From: an uncultured archaeon
GTDB lineage: Archaea > Halobacteriota > Archaeoglobi > Archaeoglobales > Archaeoglobaceae
Assembly: GCA_964471215.1 (NCBI GenBank)
Contig: CAYYFC010000001.1
Location: 1,615 to 65,614, forward strand
Length of the DNA: 64,000 bases
Direction of reading: 5' to 3'
Part shown: piece by piece, positions 29,978 to 39,090 of the stretch
Numbering within the stretch: the stretch's first letter is position 1
Layout of the letters: every line of letters starts with the position of its first letter
Position numbers and translations under genes: made by a program
The notes under the pieces: model-generated
Database searches by the model: none
Seen by the model: the letters and a program-made list of their open reading frames with translations, nothing else
What the model was told of the DNA's origin: nothing

Positions 29978-31927
29978 TTATAGTGTGTATTCTACAATGT
30001 GAAGTACTGGTACCTTCTCAAAGGTCCACTCGTTCTTCTCTGGATCATATCTTCCAAGTGTGAAGACATGCCAGTTCTCATCGTCGAGCTCTGGGTAGTC
30101 CGTTCTGTAGTAGTAACCTGGGAATCTTGTTTCCTCTCTGAACAGCATGAATCTTACATGTGCTTCTGCTGTCCATATTCTGTGCCAGAGCTCCCAAGCT
30201 CTCATTAGCTCGTGTAGGTCTCTTGCAGCGATGTAGTTCTCCCAGTCCTCCTTGAGGAACTGCAGCAACTCGAGTGCCCTTTCAAGCATGACCTTGTTTG
30301 TCTTATAGAATGTCGACGTACCTGCTGCATATTCGTCCATTATCTTCTGGAGCCTTACAAGTCCCTGCCATGGGAAGAAGAAGTGCGGGTTGACGTTCTC
30401 ATCTGTAGTCTTGTCCTTGTACTGCATGTATCTTTCCATCGGTGCAAAGCACTTCTTCTTGAGTTCCTCAACCTTTGCCTCATCAATTTCTGGATCAGGC
30501 TTCTGCTCTACGATGTACCTTATTGCAGCCTTAGCGGCAATTCTACCTTCTGTGAACGATCCGCTCGAGAACTTGTGCGGATTTGCTCCAGCGCAATCTC
30601 CTACTGCAAACAGTCCCTTTACTGTCGTCATTCTGTTATAGTGAAGCGGGAAGTACTTCTTGTATTCCTCTGGCATTAGATCGCTTGGTCCACATACCCA
30701 GAATCCTGCTTCACCACTGTGTGATCCCATTATGTAAGGCTCTGCCAAGTTTGCCTCTGATGGCTTCTCCTGCGGATCGATGTTCTGGCTAGCCCACAGC
30801 AGTGCCTGTGAAACCGTCATGTCAAGGAAATCCTCAAATGCCTCCTCATATATCTTCTTAGCCTTTGCAGGATCCCCTGCCGCCAGCTCAGCCATAGCTT
30901 CGTTTGTCATCATGTATATCGGTCCTCTTCCCTCCACCATCTCCATCAGTGCCTGATGATTCCTGAGCGGTGTTGGAACGGGTGCTGCGGTTCCATATGG
31001 CTTGTACTTCTCAAGCTCACTCGCTCTTGTTACTATGTACTCCTCACCAAATGCGTTCTTAGCCTTACACTTAAAGAACAGGAACCATGCTCCAACTGGT
31101 CCATATCCATCCTTGAATCTGAACGGTATGAATCTGTGCTCGAACTGTGTCAGCATTGCACCGGCTTTCATACCCATGTAATAACCGCTTCCGGTATCGA
31201 ATATTGCATACCATGTTCTTCCAGCGGCCTCACCAACGCTCCTCGGTCTGAACAGCAGTGTAGCTCCACCTGTAGCAAGTATTACTGCCTTCGCCTTGAA
31301 CACATAGAACTTCGGCTCTCTTACACTGAATCCTACAGCTCCAGCCACTCTGTTTGGATCTTTCTTGTCCATTAGCAGTTCAATCATCATAACTCTTTCG
31401 AACACGTTCTCTTCACCAACAGCCATCTTTGCAGCCTCAGCTATTATCGGCTTGTAAGATTCTCCATGTATCATCAACTGCCACTGTCCTTCTCTTACCC
31501 ACTTTCCTTCCGGTGTTGTCCACATCGGAAGTCCCCATTTGTTATACAGGTGCACCGTACCATCTACGTGTCTTGCATAATCTGCAACCAAGTCCTCTCT
31601 GGCGATACCCATCATGTCAAGTACAACATACCTTACATAATCCTCAACCGTGTTCTGTATCTCGGACCTTGCAGGTCTTCCAGCATACTTGTTGTCGATG
31701 TACGTGTTTATAGCTGACAGACCCTGAGCAACTGCACCACTTCTCTCAACTGCAGCTTTCTCAACCAATATGACCTTGAGCCCTGCTACCTTTGCCCAAT
31801 AGGCAGCCTCATATGCTGCACCGCAACCCGAGAAACCTCCTCCTATTATCAGCAGGTCAGTTTCGACGGTCTCTGTTGGCACTTCATCTGCCTTATAAAC
31901 CTCTACCTTTTTTGGTACATAAACCAT
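29978..31927 (-). CDS. aprA: Adenylylsulfate (APS) reductase alpha subunit
   Basis: 649 aa. The N-terminus MVYVPKKVEVYKADEVPTETVETDLLIIGGGFSGCGAAYEAAYWAK is nearly identical to the Archaeoglobus fulgidus AprA start as I remember it. Confidence 0.95.
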   Translation of the reverse strand: MVYVPKKVEVYKADEVPTETVETDLLIIGGGFSGCGAAYEAAYWAKVAGLKVILVEKAAVERSGAVAQGLSAINTYIDNKYAGRPARSEIQNTVEDYVRYVVLDMMGIAREDLVADYARHVDGTVHLYNKWGLPMWTTPEGKWVREGQWQLMIHGESYKPIIAEAAKMAVGEENVFERVMMIELLMDKKDPNRVAGAVGFSVREPKFYVFKAKAVILATGGATLLFRPRSVGEAAGRTWYAIFDTGSGYYMGMKAGAMLTQFEHRFIPFRFKDGYGPVGAWFLFFKCKAKNAFGEEYIVTRASELEKYKPYGTAAPVPTPLRNHQALMEMVEGRGPIYMMTNEAMAELAAGDPAKAKKIYEEAFEDFLDMTVSQALLWASQNIDPQEKPSEANLAEPYIMGSHSGEAGFWVCGPSDLMPEEYKKYFPLHYNRMTTVKGLFAVGDCAGANPHKFSSGSFTEGRIAAKAAIRYIVEQKPDPEIDEAKVEELKKKCFAPMERYMQYKDKTTDENVNPHFFFPWQGLVRLQKIMDEYAAGTSTFYKTNKVMLERALELLQFLKEDWENYIAARDLHELMRAWELWHRIWTAEAHVRFMLFREETRFPGYYYRTDYPELDDENWHVFTLGRYDPEKNEWTFEKVPVLHIVEYTL

Positions 31928-31944
31928 TTAAAATCACCCCCAAT

Positions 31945-32418
31945 TTAACCCAACTTCGTCAAGGGCTTCTCCCTTAACTTAATCTTCGGGAATTCCTTCA
32001 AGTCAAGAATCTCTGGTTCTCCTGCAAGGAGCTCTGTCTTTAACATGTCCTCGGTCGGTTCTGGGAATCCTTCAAATGGTACAATTGATCCCCAAGGCGT
32101 TGTTCTTATTGGGAACTTGAATCTTAGGATCTTTCCGCTCCTGTACTTTATCGTCCACATTATTGCATCCGTACCCCTCATGGGTACACACTCAGCACCC
32201 ATTGGGGAATAGTCTATGTAGCTCCTGACAGAAATTGCACCTTGTGGGCACATTTTGACACAAGAATAGCACTCCCAGCACATGTCTGGTTCTCTGTTAT
32301 ATGCCTTCATTTTCTCTTTGTCAAGTGTCATTAGGTCGTTTGGACAAATGTACTCGCAAGCCGTTCTCTCTAGGGCCTTACAGCCGTCACACTTCTCAGG
32401 GTCTACATAGCTTGGCAT
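31945..32418 (-). CDS. aprB: Adenylylsulfate (APS) reductase beta subunit (2x[4Fe-4S])
   Basis: 157 aa. MPSYVDPEKCDGCKALERTACEYICPNDLM and CWECYSCVKMCP are typical AprB cluster motifs. The gene lies directly upstream of aprA. Confidence 0.93.
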   Translation of the reverse strand: MPSYVDPEKCDGCKALERTACEYICPNDLMTLDKEKMKAYNREPDMCWECYSCVKMCPQGAISVRSYIDYSPMGAECVPMRGTDAIMWTIKYRSGKILRFKFPIRTTPWGSIVPFEGFPEPTEDMLKTELLAGEPEILDLKEFPKIKLREKPLTKLG

Positions 32419-32485
32419 TCACTTCACCTCCGAACGAACACATCTAAACTATATACTATCTAAAAAAATTAAAAAGTTTACGATT

Positions 32486-32833
32486 TTATTCAATCTCGGG
32501 CGGAGGTATATATTCAGATTCTTTTGCAGCAGCCTCTTTTATTTCGGGTAGTCTTTCTAAAACTTTATCAATTACGTCTAATGACTTGGATTTTGCAATT
32601 TCTTCAAATACTGCTCTCTTAAATGCTACTGGAACCTCCTCAATAAAACCTCTTGCATCTATTCTCGCTTTATCAAATGCCTCCAATATCTTTTTTGCCT
32701 TATCTTCCGGTACCTCTATTATTAACGCCTTTAAAGCACCTCCATACATATCTGTTATTTTTTCTTCAACAGGTGTTCCCTTTATCGCTTCAAGTCTTTT
32801 CTCATCCAAAATAATAGCTAAGGAATAGGCCAT
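32486..32833 (-). CDS. Conserved-looking hypothetical protein (115 aa) embedded in the sat-aprBA operon
   Basis: A clean acidic alpha-helical ORF lying 11 nt downstream of sat and 67 nt upstream of aprB on the same strand. I recall an equivalent unnamed ORF between sat and aprB in A. fulgidus, but this is from memory and unverified. Confidence 0.6.
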   Translation of the reverse strand: MAYSLAIILDEKRLEAIKGTPVEEKITDMYGGALKALIIEVPEDKAKKILEAFDKARIDARGFIEEVPVAFKRAVFEEIAKSKSLDVIDKVLERLPEIKEAAAKESEYIPPPEIE

Positions 32834-32844
32834 ACCAAATCACC

Positions 32845-34209
32845 TCATGCCTTCGGAATTTCCATTGGAGGAACGTCAACCTCCAGCGTCTTGTTCTTCT
32901 CTTCAAGATACTTCTTGTTGACAAATGGATAACCGTACACCTTCCACCACTTGACTATTACTTTGTAGACCTCCGGTCTCATTATGACTCCCGGTGGAAA
33001 TATACCTTCTGCAACTAGACTTCTGATGAAGCTTCCGCTAAATCTCTGCCTCTCCTTTTCATGGTTGCAACTCTGACTGTATGCAATTTCTCCGCACTTC
33101 GGACAGTACCAGAACTCTCCCATGTTCTGCGGGAGTATTCTCAACCCGTAATCCACTTCATTCGGTGGAGCGTCAAATCCAAAGCTTGGTATTCCCTTGC
33201 TCCACAGTATCTGTGTTGCATATGCATCGTAGTAATCTCCTACTGCTGCATGGTCTCTTCCAAACATGTGATGCGTACATCCCATGTTCTGTCTGATTAT
33301 TCCATGCAGAAGTGATTCCAGTGGATTTCCATACCTCATGTCCCATAGGGTCATCGTAACCAGATGCCTCTCAGGCTTTATGTATCCTGCCAGATGAACC
33401 ATTTCGTGTGCCTCTAGTATCGCCTCGTCTGGATAATCTCCAATTCTCTTTGCTCCGATTATAGCATTTACAAGTATTCCATGGCAGGGTTCTATGTCTC
33501 CCGTATATGCAGCACACTTCATCAGCATCTCATGCCCCACATGCGGAACGTTTCTTGTCTGGTGAGCTATTACAGTTCTCCAACCTCTCTTCTTGATCTC
33601 CTCTCTGCACTTCACCGGAGGATACCAGAACCTGTTGTAAGGTTCCCTCATCACAGGTTCGTTTATAATCGTGTAAGGTCCCGCAAGTATTACGGGATTC
33701 ATGCACCTGTATATCATGTATCCCGGATGCTTTTCGTCAAAAGCCTTTTTGACAACTTCAGGATTCTTCTCCGGTGTTCCAAATGTTCTTTCCGCAATGT
33801 CCTTCGGATCGATTCTGTATATCTCCTCGATATCCAACACTGCAAACGGCTGACCCTTCAACTTCAGTAGAAGTCTGTCGCCCTCTTTAATACCTAGATT
33901 CTTGTAATCTTCTTCGCTGATATCGAACATCAGTGGATATGGAAATATCCATTCATTTAGTAGCCTTCTCTCCTTTAATACCCTCTCAACCTCTTCTTGA
34001 ACCATTGAACCCTCAACCGGGCTGAAGAATCCGTAACAAATCGACATTATCTCTCTATACACGTTTCTTATGGGTACACCATCTCTAAGTGTCGGTTTGA
34101 TTTCATATTCAATACAGCCCGCAGCCATTTTTATTGCTTTTTCTTTCTTCCTTACAACTCTATCGACAAGTCTTCCCCCATGCGGAGGAGGCATTTTTAA
34201 TATAGCCAT
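32845..34209 (-). CDS. sat: Sulfate adenylyltransferase (dissimilatory ATP sulfurylase)
   Basis: It has PPPHGGRLV near the N-terminus, QTRNVPHVGHEMLMK (HxxH active-site motif) and GRDHAAVG. The start is set at Met17 (MAILKMPPPHGG) by analogy to known Sat N-termini; the ORF extends to 34257. Confidence 0.93.
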   Translation of the reverse strand: MAILKMPPPHGGRLVDRVVRKKEKAIKMAAGCIEYEIKPTLRDGVPIRNVYREIMSICYGFFSPVEGSMVQEEVERVLKERRLLNEWIFPYPLMFDISEEDYKNLGIKEGDRLLLKLKGQPFAVLDIEEIYRIDPKDIAERTFGTPEKNPEVVKKAFDEKHPGYMIYRCMNPVILAGPYTIINEPVMREPYNRFWYPPVKCREEIKKRGWRTVIAHQTRNVPHVGHEMLMKCAAYTGDIEPCHGILVNAIIGAKRIGDYPDEAILEAHEMVHLAGYIKPERHLVTMTLWDMRYGNPLESLLHGIIRQNMGCTHHMFGRDHAAVGDYYDAYATQILWSKGIPSFGFDAPPNEVDYGLRILPQNMGEFWYCPKCGEIAYSQSCNHEKERQRFSGSFIRSLVAEGIFPPGVIMRPEVYKVIVKWWKVYGYPFVNKKYLEEKNKTLEVDVPPMEIPKA

Positions 34210-34733
34210 ACAAATCACCTCTATTAACTCCGTATCTGATGCCGTTTTTAACGGCATCGTATATAAATCTTTCTATTTTTATACTGTGGGTTGTTAGCAA
34301 AAATAACATTGATCTCATATAAATGTTTCGAAATTGATGGTCTGACTGCGCGTGAGCAATTTTAAAAACTTTAATAGTTATGGTGTCATCTAATCCATAT
34401 AAGTTGAATCAACTTATTGCTCGTGGAGGTACACCGGTACTTCTAGCTCTGCTAGAAATCTATCTTTAAGGTTCTACCTAATAAAAAAAGACTAGTTTGA
34501 TTTCCTTGAGTAAAATCAGTATCATATACACTCGATGATAAAATAAATCGCTATGGATAATTTTAAAGTTCTAAGTGAAAGTCTTTAGGCTTAAGCTCAT
34601 CACATCAATGGTATAGAAACATTAGCTCTGAATTGAACGGTGTTTTTGCCTAGCAGATCTATAAGAACTGCTAGCTAACATATCTATATTCTTAACTATG
34701 AATTAATTAGATTTGTAAAAATAAATATAATAT

Positions 34734-35159
34734 TTATTCATTATGAGAATAATCTATGAGTTTTAACTGCTTTAGGCCAATTAAACCTTTAAAATCAAAT
34801 CCCGAGTAAAAATTGGATTCATCTACCTTAAAACCCCCTCTGGTTTCTTTCAGCTGGTCTACTTTAAAGAACCTCCATCCCATTTTTTTAATTTTAATTG
34901 CTACATAGGGTTCCGCTCCAAATCTTTCTGAAAATCTTATCAGGTTATCTATGTCTTGTTTTGGTATATAAACCGGGAGATTTGATCTCATCTTAACTTC
35001 TATTGCCAGATACCTCTTACCGTTACCTGCTATTATGTCAGGTGATGGGTAACTCATAGAACCGCTGGCCGGTATTCTTGTTGCGGCAAATCCCTCATCC
35101 CAGAACATGTTAACCAGTTCTCTCTCAAATCTTTCCCCTTTAACTTTCACATCTATCAC
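34734..35159 (-). CDS. hjc: Holliday junction resolvase Hjc
   Basis: 141 aa. KGERFERELVNMFWDEGFAATRIPASG ... DIIAGNGKRYLAIEVK matches the archaeal Hjc nuclease motifs (E...D...EVK). Confidence 0.85.
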   Translation of the reverse strand: MIDVKVKGERFERELVNMFWDEGFAATRIPASGSMSYPSPDIIAGNGKRYLAIEVKMRSNLPVYIPKQDIDNLIRFSERFGAEPYVAIKIKKMGWRFFKVDQLKETRGGFKVDESNFYSGFDFKGLIGLKQLKLIDYSHNE

Positions 35160-35161
35160 CC

Positions 35162-36034
35162 CTATCTTTCCACCATCGTACCTATCCCCTCTTTTGTAAA
35201 CAATTCGAGGAGTATTGCATGCTCCCTTGACCCATCTATTATATGAGCCTTCTCAACACCACCCTTTAATGCCCTGATAACCGCTTCTATCTTTGGAAGC
35301 ATCCCTCCTCTGAAAACTCCCTTTTCAACCATCTTTTCGAGTTCCTCCAATCTTATCCTTGATATCAGAGAATTCCTGTCATCTGGATTTAGAAGTATAC
35401 CTGGCACATCCGTTAGTATTATGAGCTTTTTTGCCTTTATAGCAGATGCTATATGTCCGGCGACTATGTCAGCATTTATGTTATATGTATTTCCCTCCAA
35501 ATCCGAAGCGATCGGTGATACAACAGGAATATAACCCCTATCTATTAAAATCTTTAGTATATCCGGATTTATATGCTCCGTTTCACCGACAAATCCTAGA
35601 TCTATGATTTCCTCCATTCCACCCCTTTTTCTCTTTATAAGCTTCTTCTTTGCAACTATTAACAGTCCGTCTTTTCCGCTTATACCTACGGCCTTACCTC
35701 CGTTTTTTATGAACAACGATACTATTCTTGAGTTTATTTTCCCATCGAGAACCATTTCAACTATTTCCATTGTTTTCTCATCGGTCACCCTTAAACCATC
35801 TATAAACCTTGGCTTTATACCAAATTTCTCCATTTTCTCAGAAATCTCAGGACCTCCCCCGTGGACTACTATAGGTTTAATCCCGATGAAGTATAGAAGG
35901 AGTATGTCTCTTATCGTGTTCTCAAGTATCCTCTCATCTATCATAACATGTCCACCTATTTTTATAACCATGCACGAACCGTAAAACTCCCTTATATATG
36001 GTAAAGCCTCTATCAGCACATCCACATCTTTCAT
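35162..36034 (-). CDS. argB: Acetylglutamate kinase
   Basis: 290 aa with VIKIGGHVM, VVHGGGPEIS and YNINADIVAGHIA, the classic amino-acid kinase / ArgB motifs. Confidence 0.9.
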   Translation of the reverse strand: MKDVDVLIEALPYIREFYGSCMVIKIGGHVMIDERILENTIRDILLLYFIGIKPIVVHGGGPEISEKMEKFGIKPRFIDGLRVTDEKTMEIVEMVLDGKINSRIVSLFIKNGGKAVGISGKDGLLIVAKKKLIKRKRGGMEEIIDLGFVGETEHINPDILKILIDRGYIPVVSPIASDLEGNTYNINADIVAGHIASAIKAKKLIILTDVPGILLNPDDRNSLISRIRLEELEKMVEKGVFRGGMLPKIEAVIRALKGGVEKAHIIDGSREHAILLELFTKEGIGTMVER

Positions 36035-36084
36035 AGAGTTTCTTTAATCAATTTGTTTAAAAAGCTTGAGAGATATGATCTGAT

Positions 36085-36636
36085 ATGAAGGCTGAACTGA
36101 AGAGGAAGTTCATACACTTCTTAAGTCTATTATATATTCCTACTTACAATTTATTTAACAGAGATCTCATGATTTTACTCGTACTCTCCCTAACATCTAT
36201 CGCAGTCCTAGTCGAATTTATAAGATTGAAGAGGTTGAAAAGTGAGGAGATTCTCAATGAAATAATGAGGGAGTATGAGAAGAGGGATGTAGGCGCTCAC
36301 ATTTACTTCGGTATAGCAGTCTCGATAATAACGATAATACTGTCCAAGCATTCATGTTTTGCAGGAGTAATAGTCGGAGGGCTTGGGGATGGAATTGCAG
36401 GGATACTCAAACGTAGTATTCTGTCAAATATGACATACATTCTTATGTTCTTATCATCTCTCTTATTTATGTTATTGATAGGATTAAACCCAATTTGCTC
36501 AATTTTTTCAGCCCTTGTGGGTACATTTGTAGAAAGGATCAGTTACAAGATCAGGTTAAACGATAATTTTACAGTACCCGTGACATCCGCATTTGCGTAT
36601 GAATTTGCAAAAATGATTTTAAATTTTGCACATTAG
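36085..36636 (+). CDS. Small polytopic membrane protein, polyprenol (dolichol) kinase / CTP-transferase-like
   Basis: 183 aa with about 5 TM helices. RKFIHFLSLL and GLGDGIAGILKR resemble the DolK/CdsA-superfamily motifs. The assignment is tentative. Confidence 0.4.
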   Translation: MKAELKRKFIHFLSLLYIPTYNLFNRDLMILLVLSLTSIAVLVEFIRLKRLKSEEILNEIMREYEKRDVGAHIYFGIAVSIITIILSKHSCFAGVIVGGLGDGIAGILKRSILSNMTYILMFLSSLLFMLLIGLNPICSIFSALVGTFVERISYKIRLNDNFTVPVTSAFAYEFAKMILNFAH

Positions 36637-37192
36637 CAGTCTTATGGACAAAAACAGGGCATTGGAGCTTTTGAAAAAATATATAAAAAATGAGAAATTA
36701 ATAAAGCACTGCATAGCGACCGGTGCGATAATGAAAAAGATTGCAAAAGAACTGGGAGAAGATGAGAAGAGATGGGAATTAATAGGTATTCTGCATGATA
36801 TAGATTACGAACTTGTCGAAGGTGATATGGAAAAACACGGAATAGTCGGAGCCGAAATACTGAAGAAGGAGGGGTTTGACGATGATTTCTGTGAAACTAT
36901 AAAAAGACATAATTATCATCTCTTTAAGGCTGAACGACCGGTTGAAATAGCCTTACAATCAGCAGATAACATATCTGGATTGATTATAGCATGCGCATTG
37001 GTTAAAAAGGGAAGGATATCCGATGTAACTAAAAAAACTGTAAGGGATAAATTCAAGGAAAAGAGTTTTGCAAGAGGATGTAACAGGGAGATTATAAAGC
37101 AGATAGAGAGGATAGGGATCGATCTTGACAGGTTTTACGAGATATCGATAAAGGCTTTAAGAGATGTTAAAGATGAGCTCGGCCTCAGCTGA
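36626..37192 (+). CDS. HD-domain (HDIG-type) metal-dependent phosphohydrolase
   Basis: 188 aa with LIKHCIATGAIM ... GILHDIDYE ... KHGIVGAEIL. The H...HD...D pattern is present. Confidence 0.7.
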   Translation: MHISSLMDKNRALELLKKYIKNEKLIKHCIATGAIMKKIAKELGEDEKRWELIGILHDIDYELVEGDMEKHGIVGAEILKKEGFDDDFCETIKRHNYHLFKAERPVEIALQSADNISGLIIACALVKKGRISDVTKKTVRDKFKEKSFARGCNREIIKQIERIGIDLDRFYEISIKALRDVKDELGLS

Positions 37193-38681
37193 AATCTTAA
37201 TAGGTATGGCTTTGTTTATGACATACTGGTTTCTTGTATTGATATTTAAGGATAGGTTAAAGAAGAGGAATATAACAAGCCTAACACCGGAATATCTACC
37301 ACCTATACTTATGATCAGAACAAAGAGAGGTCTCAAGTTTTTAGACAGGATTTCGAGGTATAGGAGGTTCTGGGAGCTTATTTCAAATATAGGAATTCCC
37401 GCGGTATTCTTCGGTATGGCGTACATGTTCTTCTTAATTATACTGATGGATTACATATTATTCACGACACCTTTGAAACCATCTCTTATAACAAGTCCCA
37501 GAAGCGCGTTTCTGATTCCTGGATTAAACCCTTACATACCCCTCATATGGGGCCTGATAGGCCTCATAGTAACACTGATAGTTCACGAATTCAGCCATGC
37601 GATCCTGTGTAGGGCAGAGGGTGCCAGAGTTAAATCCCTGGGAATTCTGTTCGCACTTGTACCGATAGGAGGATTTGCCGAGCTCGATGAAAAGGATCTG
37701 ATGAGCGAGAAGATTAAGAGGATTCAAAGGATAAGAATTTTCTCTGCAGGCGTGATATCGAACTTCATGGTCGCATTCATATCCTTCTTGATATTCTTTA
37801 ACTTACTGAACTGCCTCACACCTCATATCGTCATCCTGAACTCCGATGTCGTCGAGAAGGGTAGTGTTTTGTTAAAGATAAACGATATCGATGTTTTTAA
37901 CCAGAAGGATGTGGAAAATATCGTGAAGTCTAGCAAAAATCTTGTTTTGGAGATAAGAGATAAAAACGGAAACATTAAAAGAATTAGTGTTAATAAGATA
38001 ACAGGTGTATACGTATCAGACGTTCTGAGGGACTATCCTGCAGCTAAGGCTGGGATTAAAGGAAAAACGGTGATAGTTGAAGTAAACGGATCTGAAGTTT
38101 TAAACATTAAGAGGTTTATAGAGATAATGAAAAAGACTAGGCCAGGCGATATTATAAGTGTTAAAACTTATGACGGAAAAAGCTTTAAGAGTTTCAGTGT
38201 AAAGCTCGTAAAGTCTCCGAACGGAGATTACGGGTTTATGGGGGTTATAATAGGTGGTGATTACCTTTCGGGGATGATACTGGGCTACTCAGATCAGATA
38301 CTATGGACGATTAAACAGATACCAAGAGATCCGAAGGGTTTGCTTTATCTGACAGCCATGCCATTTTACTTCAGCGGTTTTAGCGATGAGATGTTTAACT
38401 ACTTCAGCCCCAGCGGATTCTGGAAGAATACCGGATACACGATTTACTACCTGCTAAACCTGTTTTACTGGATAGGCTGGATTAATTTCTATGTGGGTCT
38501 GTTCAACTGCCTTCCAGCGATCCCCTTGGACGGTGGAAGGGTTCTTAACGAGACTCTCTTGACGTTCTTAAGGAGTAAAAGAGGTGAAAAGATCTCATTC
38601 TTTATAGTGAGATCTCTGGCACTCTTCATATTCCTTTCTATAATCCTGTCTCTTATAATACCAAATTTATTAATTAAATAA
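37164..38681 (+). CDS. Site-2 protease family (M50) membrane metalloprotease with an inserted PDZ domain
   Basis: 505 aa. It has HEFSHAILC (HExxH) in a TM helix, a downstream NCLPAIPLDGGRV motif, multiple TM segments and a central soluble PDZ-like segment. Confidence 0.85.
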   Translation: MLKMSSASAEILIGMALFMTYWFLVLIFKDRLKKRNITSLTPEYLPPILMIRTKRGLKFLDRISRYRRFWELISNIGIPAVFFGMAYMFFLIILMDYILFTTPLKPSLITSPRSAFLIPGLNPYIPLIWGLIGLIVTLIVHEFSHAILCRAEGARVKSLGILFALVPIGGFAELDEKDLMSEKIKRIQRIRIFSAGVISNFMVAFISFLIFFNLLNCLTPHIVILNSDVVEKGSVLLKINDIDVFNQKDVENIVKSSKNLVLEIRDKNGNIKRISVNKITGVYVSDVLRDYPAAKAGIKGKTVIVEVNGSEVLNIKRFIEIMKKTRPGDIISVKTYDGKSFKSFSVKLVKSPNGDYGFMGVIIGGDYLSGMILGYSDQILWTIKQIPRDPKGLLYLTAMPFYFSGFSDEMFNYFSPSGFWKNTGYTIYYLLNLFYWIGWINFYVGLFNCLPAIPLDGGRVLNETLLTFLRSKRGEKISFFIVRSLALFIFLSIILSLIIPNLLIK

Positions 38682-38749
38682 ATTAAAAATTAATAATGTA
38701 ATCCATTAATTATTCGTAAGATATATATGGATGTGCGGATAAGTCTTTC

Positions 38750-38974
38750 GTGTCAGATCTGACACTTGTCATAGACTTAAGAAAGGAAATCGATGTCGAT
38801 AGGTTAAAAGATGTCATAAGAGGTAAGAAGTCAGTGGATATATACGTTATAGGCAACAGAAGCTTTGGTGAAGTAGTTAGGGTTCTGAGGGATTTCATTC
38901 TCAGCAATATAACTGTTACCATAAGGATTTGGATGTCCGACAACGTTCCAAAGGATGCAATATTCTTTAATTAG
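38750..38974 (+). CDS. Hypothetical small protein (74 aa, GTG start)
   Basis: It is more protein-like than the overlapping minus-strand ORF 38710..38943, with alternating charged and hydrophobic residues. I recognise no family. Confidence 0.35.
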   Translation: MSDLTLVIDLRKEIDVDRLKDVIRGKKSVDIYVIGNRSFGEVVRVLRDFILSNITVTIRIWMSDNVPKDAIFFN

Positions 38975-39090
38975 AATCGTTTAAAGGTTGCGTTATATCG
39001 AGGAATTACAGTTTAAAGATTGCTCCACTGCTTACACCTTTATGATATCTTTAAAAAAACATCATTATTACTAAATGTTTGGAGGTGAAG

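Noticed and set aside
30383-31977. Multiple 60-139-aa plus-strand ORFs inside aprA/aprB
   Set aside because: All are antisense to the unambiguous aprA/aprB frames, have Cys/Ser/Leu-rich nonsense composition, and are typical shadow ORFs of a relatively GC-rich gene.
38710-38943. A 77-aa minus-strand ORF overlapping the 74-aa plus-strand ORF
   Set aside because: Of the two overlapping frames the plus-strand one has the more protein-like pattern. The minus-strand peptide is Leu/Ser/Thr-rich without structure-like periodicity. Neither call is strong.
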